A DNA stretch of 40,032 nt from an uncultured Candidatus Micrarchaeota archaeon. Lineage in GTDB: Archaea > Micrarchaeota > Micrarchaeia > Anstonellales > J096. Each line of letters begins with the position of its first letter. The stretch's first letter is position 1. This document shows positions 39,424 to 40,032 of this stretch, piece by piece. The position numbers and the translations under genes were made by a program. The stretch lies in contig CALKCX010000007.1 of the NCBI GenBank assembly GCA_938083015.1, positions 1 to 40,032 of the forward strand, in the 5' to 3' direction. A model generated the notes under the pieces. It searched no databases, was not told the DNA's origin, and saw only the letters and a program-made list of their open reading frames with translations.

Positions 39424-40032
39424 CTAAATTTTTATCCAGAAGCCCTTTATCTTGATGTTATTAGATTCTACTGGTAAATTGGTTTTTATCATTCCTTGTT
39501 CATCTGTCGTGTATTCTTGATCTAGAATTATAATTTTAAGTCCTTTAACTGGTTTTCCTAATAAATTCTTCGCGATTACAATATTATTATCTGCGTTTAT
39601 TATAGATATTTTAACTGTTCTAAATATTAATACTAATGGTATAATGATGAATAATAGTAAAGATGGATTAGTCAAAGGTGACATGACAATTGTTCTGGTT
39701 GCATCTATAATAGGTGTGATTGGAATAGATGGTGTAATAACTTTAGGTGTAGATGTTTCTTCTGATTTAGATTGATCTTCTGTAATTTGATTTGTTTCCT
39801 GTTCTTTGATTATGTTTGAATCTTCTGGAATGATGTTTACACTTGTTGTCTTTCTTTCCATATCTTCATTAGACGTTTGATCAATATTTTGATTACCTGT
39901 TACTATTCTATTTCCTGTATCTTGTTGACTTTCATTGTTTGTTATCTCATTTACAATGATTGTTTCGTTTGTAATAGTTTGATTATTCTGTTGATTTTCA
40001 TTACCTGGTGTTTGATTTACAATAGATTGGTT
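39424..40032 (-). CDS. 3' end of a membrane-anchored surface glycoprotein (5'-truncated by window edge); paralog of 1..282
   Basis: Frame is open to the window end (NQSIVNQTPGNENQQNNQTITNET...). N/Q/T-rich stalk with sequons, Pro/Thr linker, TM helix, conserved C-terminal tail. Confidence 0.85.
   Translation of the reverse strand, partial: NQSIVNQTPGNENQQNNQTITNETIIVNEITNNESQQDTGNRIVTGNQNIDQTSNEDMERKTTSVNIIPEDSNIIKEQETNQITEDQSKSEETSTPKVITPSIPITPIIDATRTIVMSPLTNPSLLLFIIIPLVLIFRTVKISIINADNNIVIAKNLLGKPVKGLKIIILDQEYTTDEQGMIKTNLPVESNNIKIKGFWIKI
39432..39530 (-). repeat. Inverted repeat copy B (99 nt), partner at 176..274
   Basis: Reverse complement matches 176..274 at 97/99. Confidence 0.95.

Overview
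AT-rich (roughly 27% GC by eye), very compact archaeal chromosome segment. Gene content and streamlining suggest a DPANN-type (Micrarchaeota-like) archaeon; this is inference. It is mostly housekeeping: Pth2, ABCE1/RLI, thymidylate kinase, MetRS, Bcp, ribosomal eL41 (missed by the ORF track), prefoldin beta, LonB, FKBP/SlyD, truncated Rqc2/NFACT, endonuclease IV, a MacB/FtsX-type ABC module with a COG1361-like partner, tRNA-Ser(GCT), a complete A-type ATP synthase operon (H-I-K-E-C-F-A-B-D), a processive GT2, Taw3, ATP-citrate lyase beta and an M42 peptidase. Main points for follow-up: (i) both window ends lie in paralogous surface-protein genes in inverted orientation that share a 97/99-nt identical 3' block; (ii) an unannotated box C/D guide sRNA at 7472-7526; (iii) strong enrichment of GGCC and AGATCT alongside an orphan SPPY-type DNA methyltransferase; (iv) an HNH nuclease inside a chaperone/protease operon; (v) a split or truncated Rqc2, a solitary aclB and a solitary crtB. 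No CRISPR array, rRNA, transposase or integrase was seen. I cannot establish a definitely new system from sequence alone.
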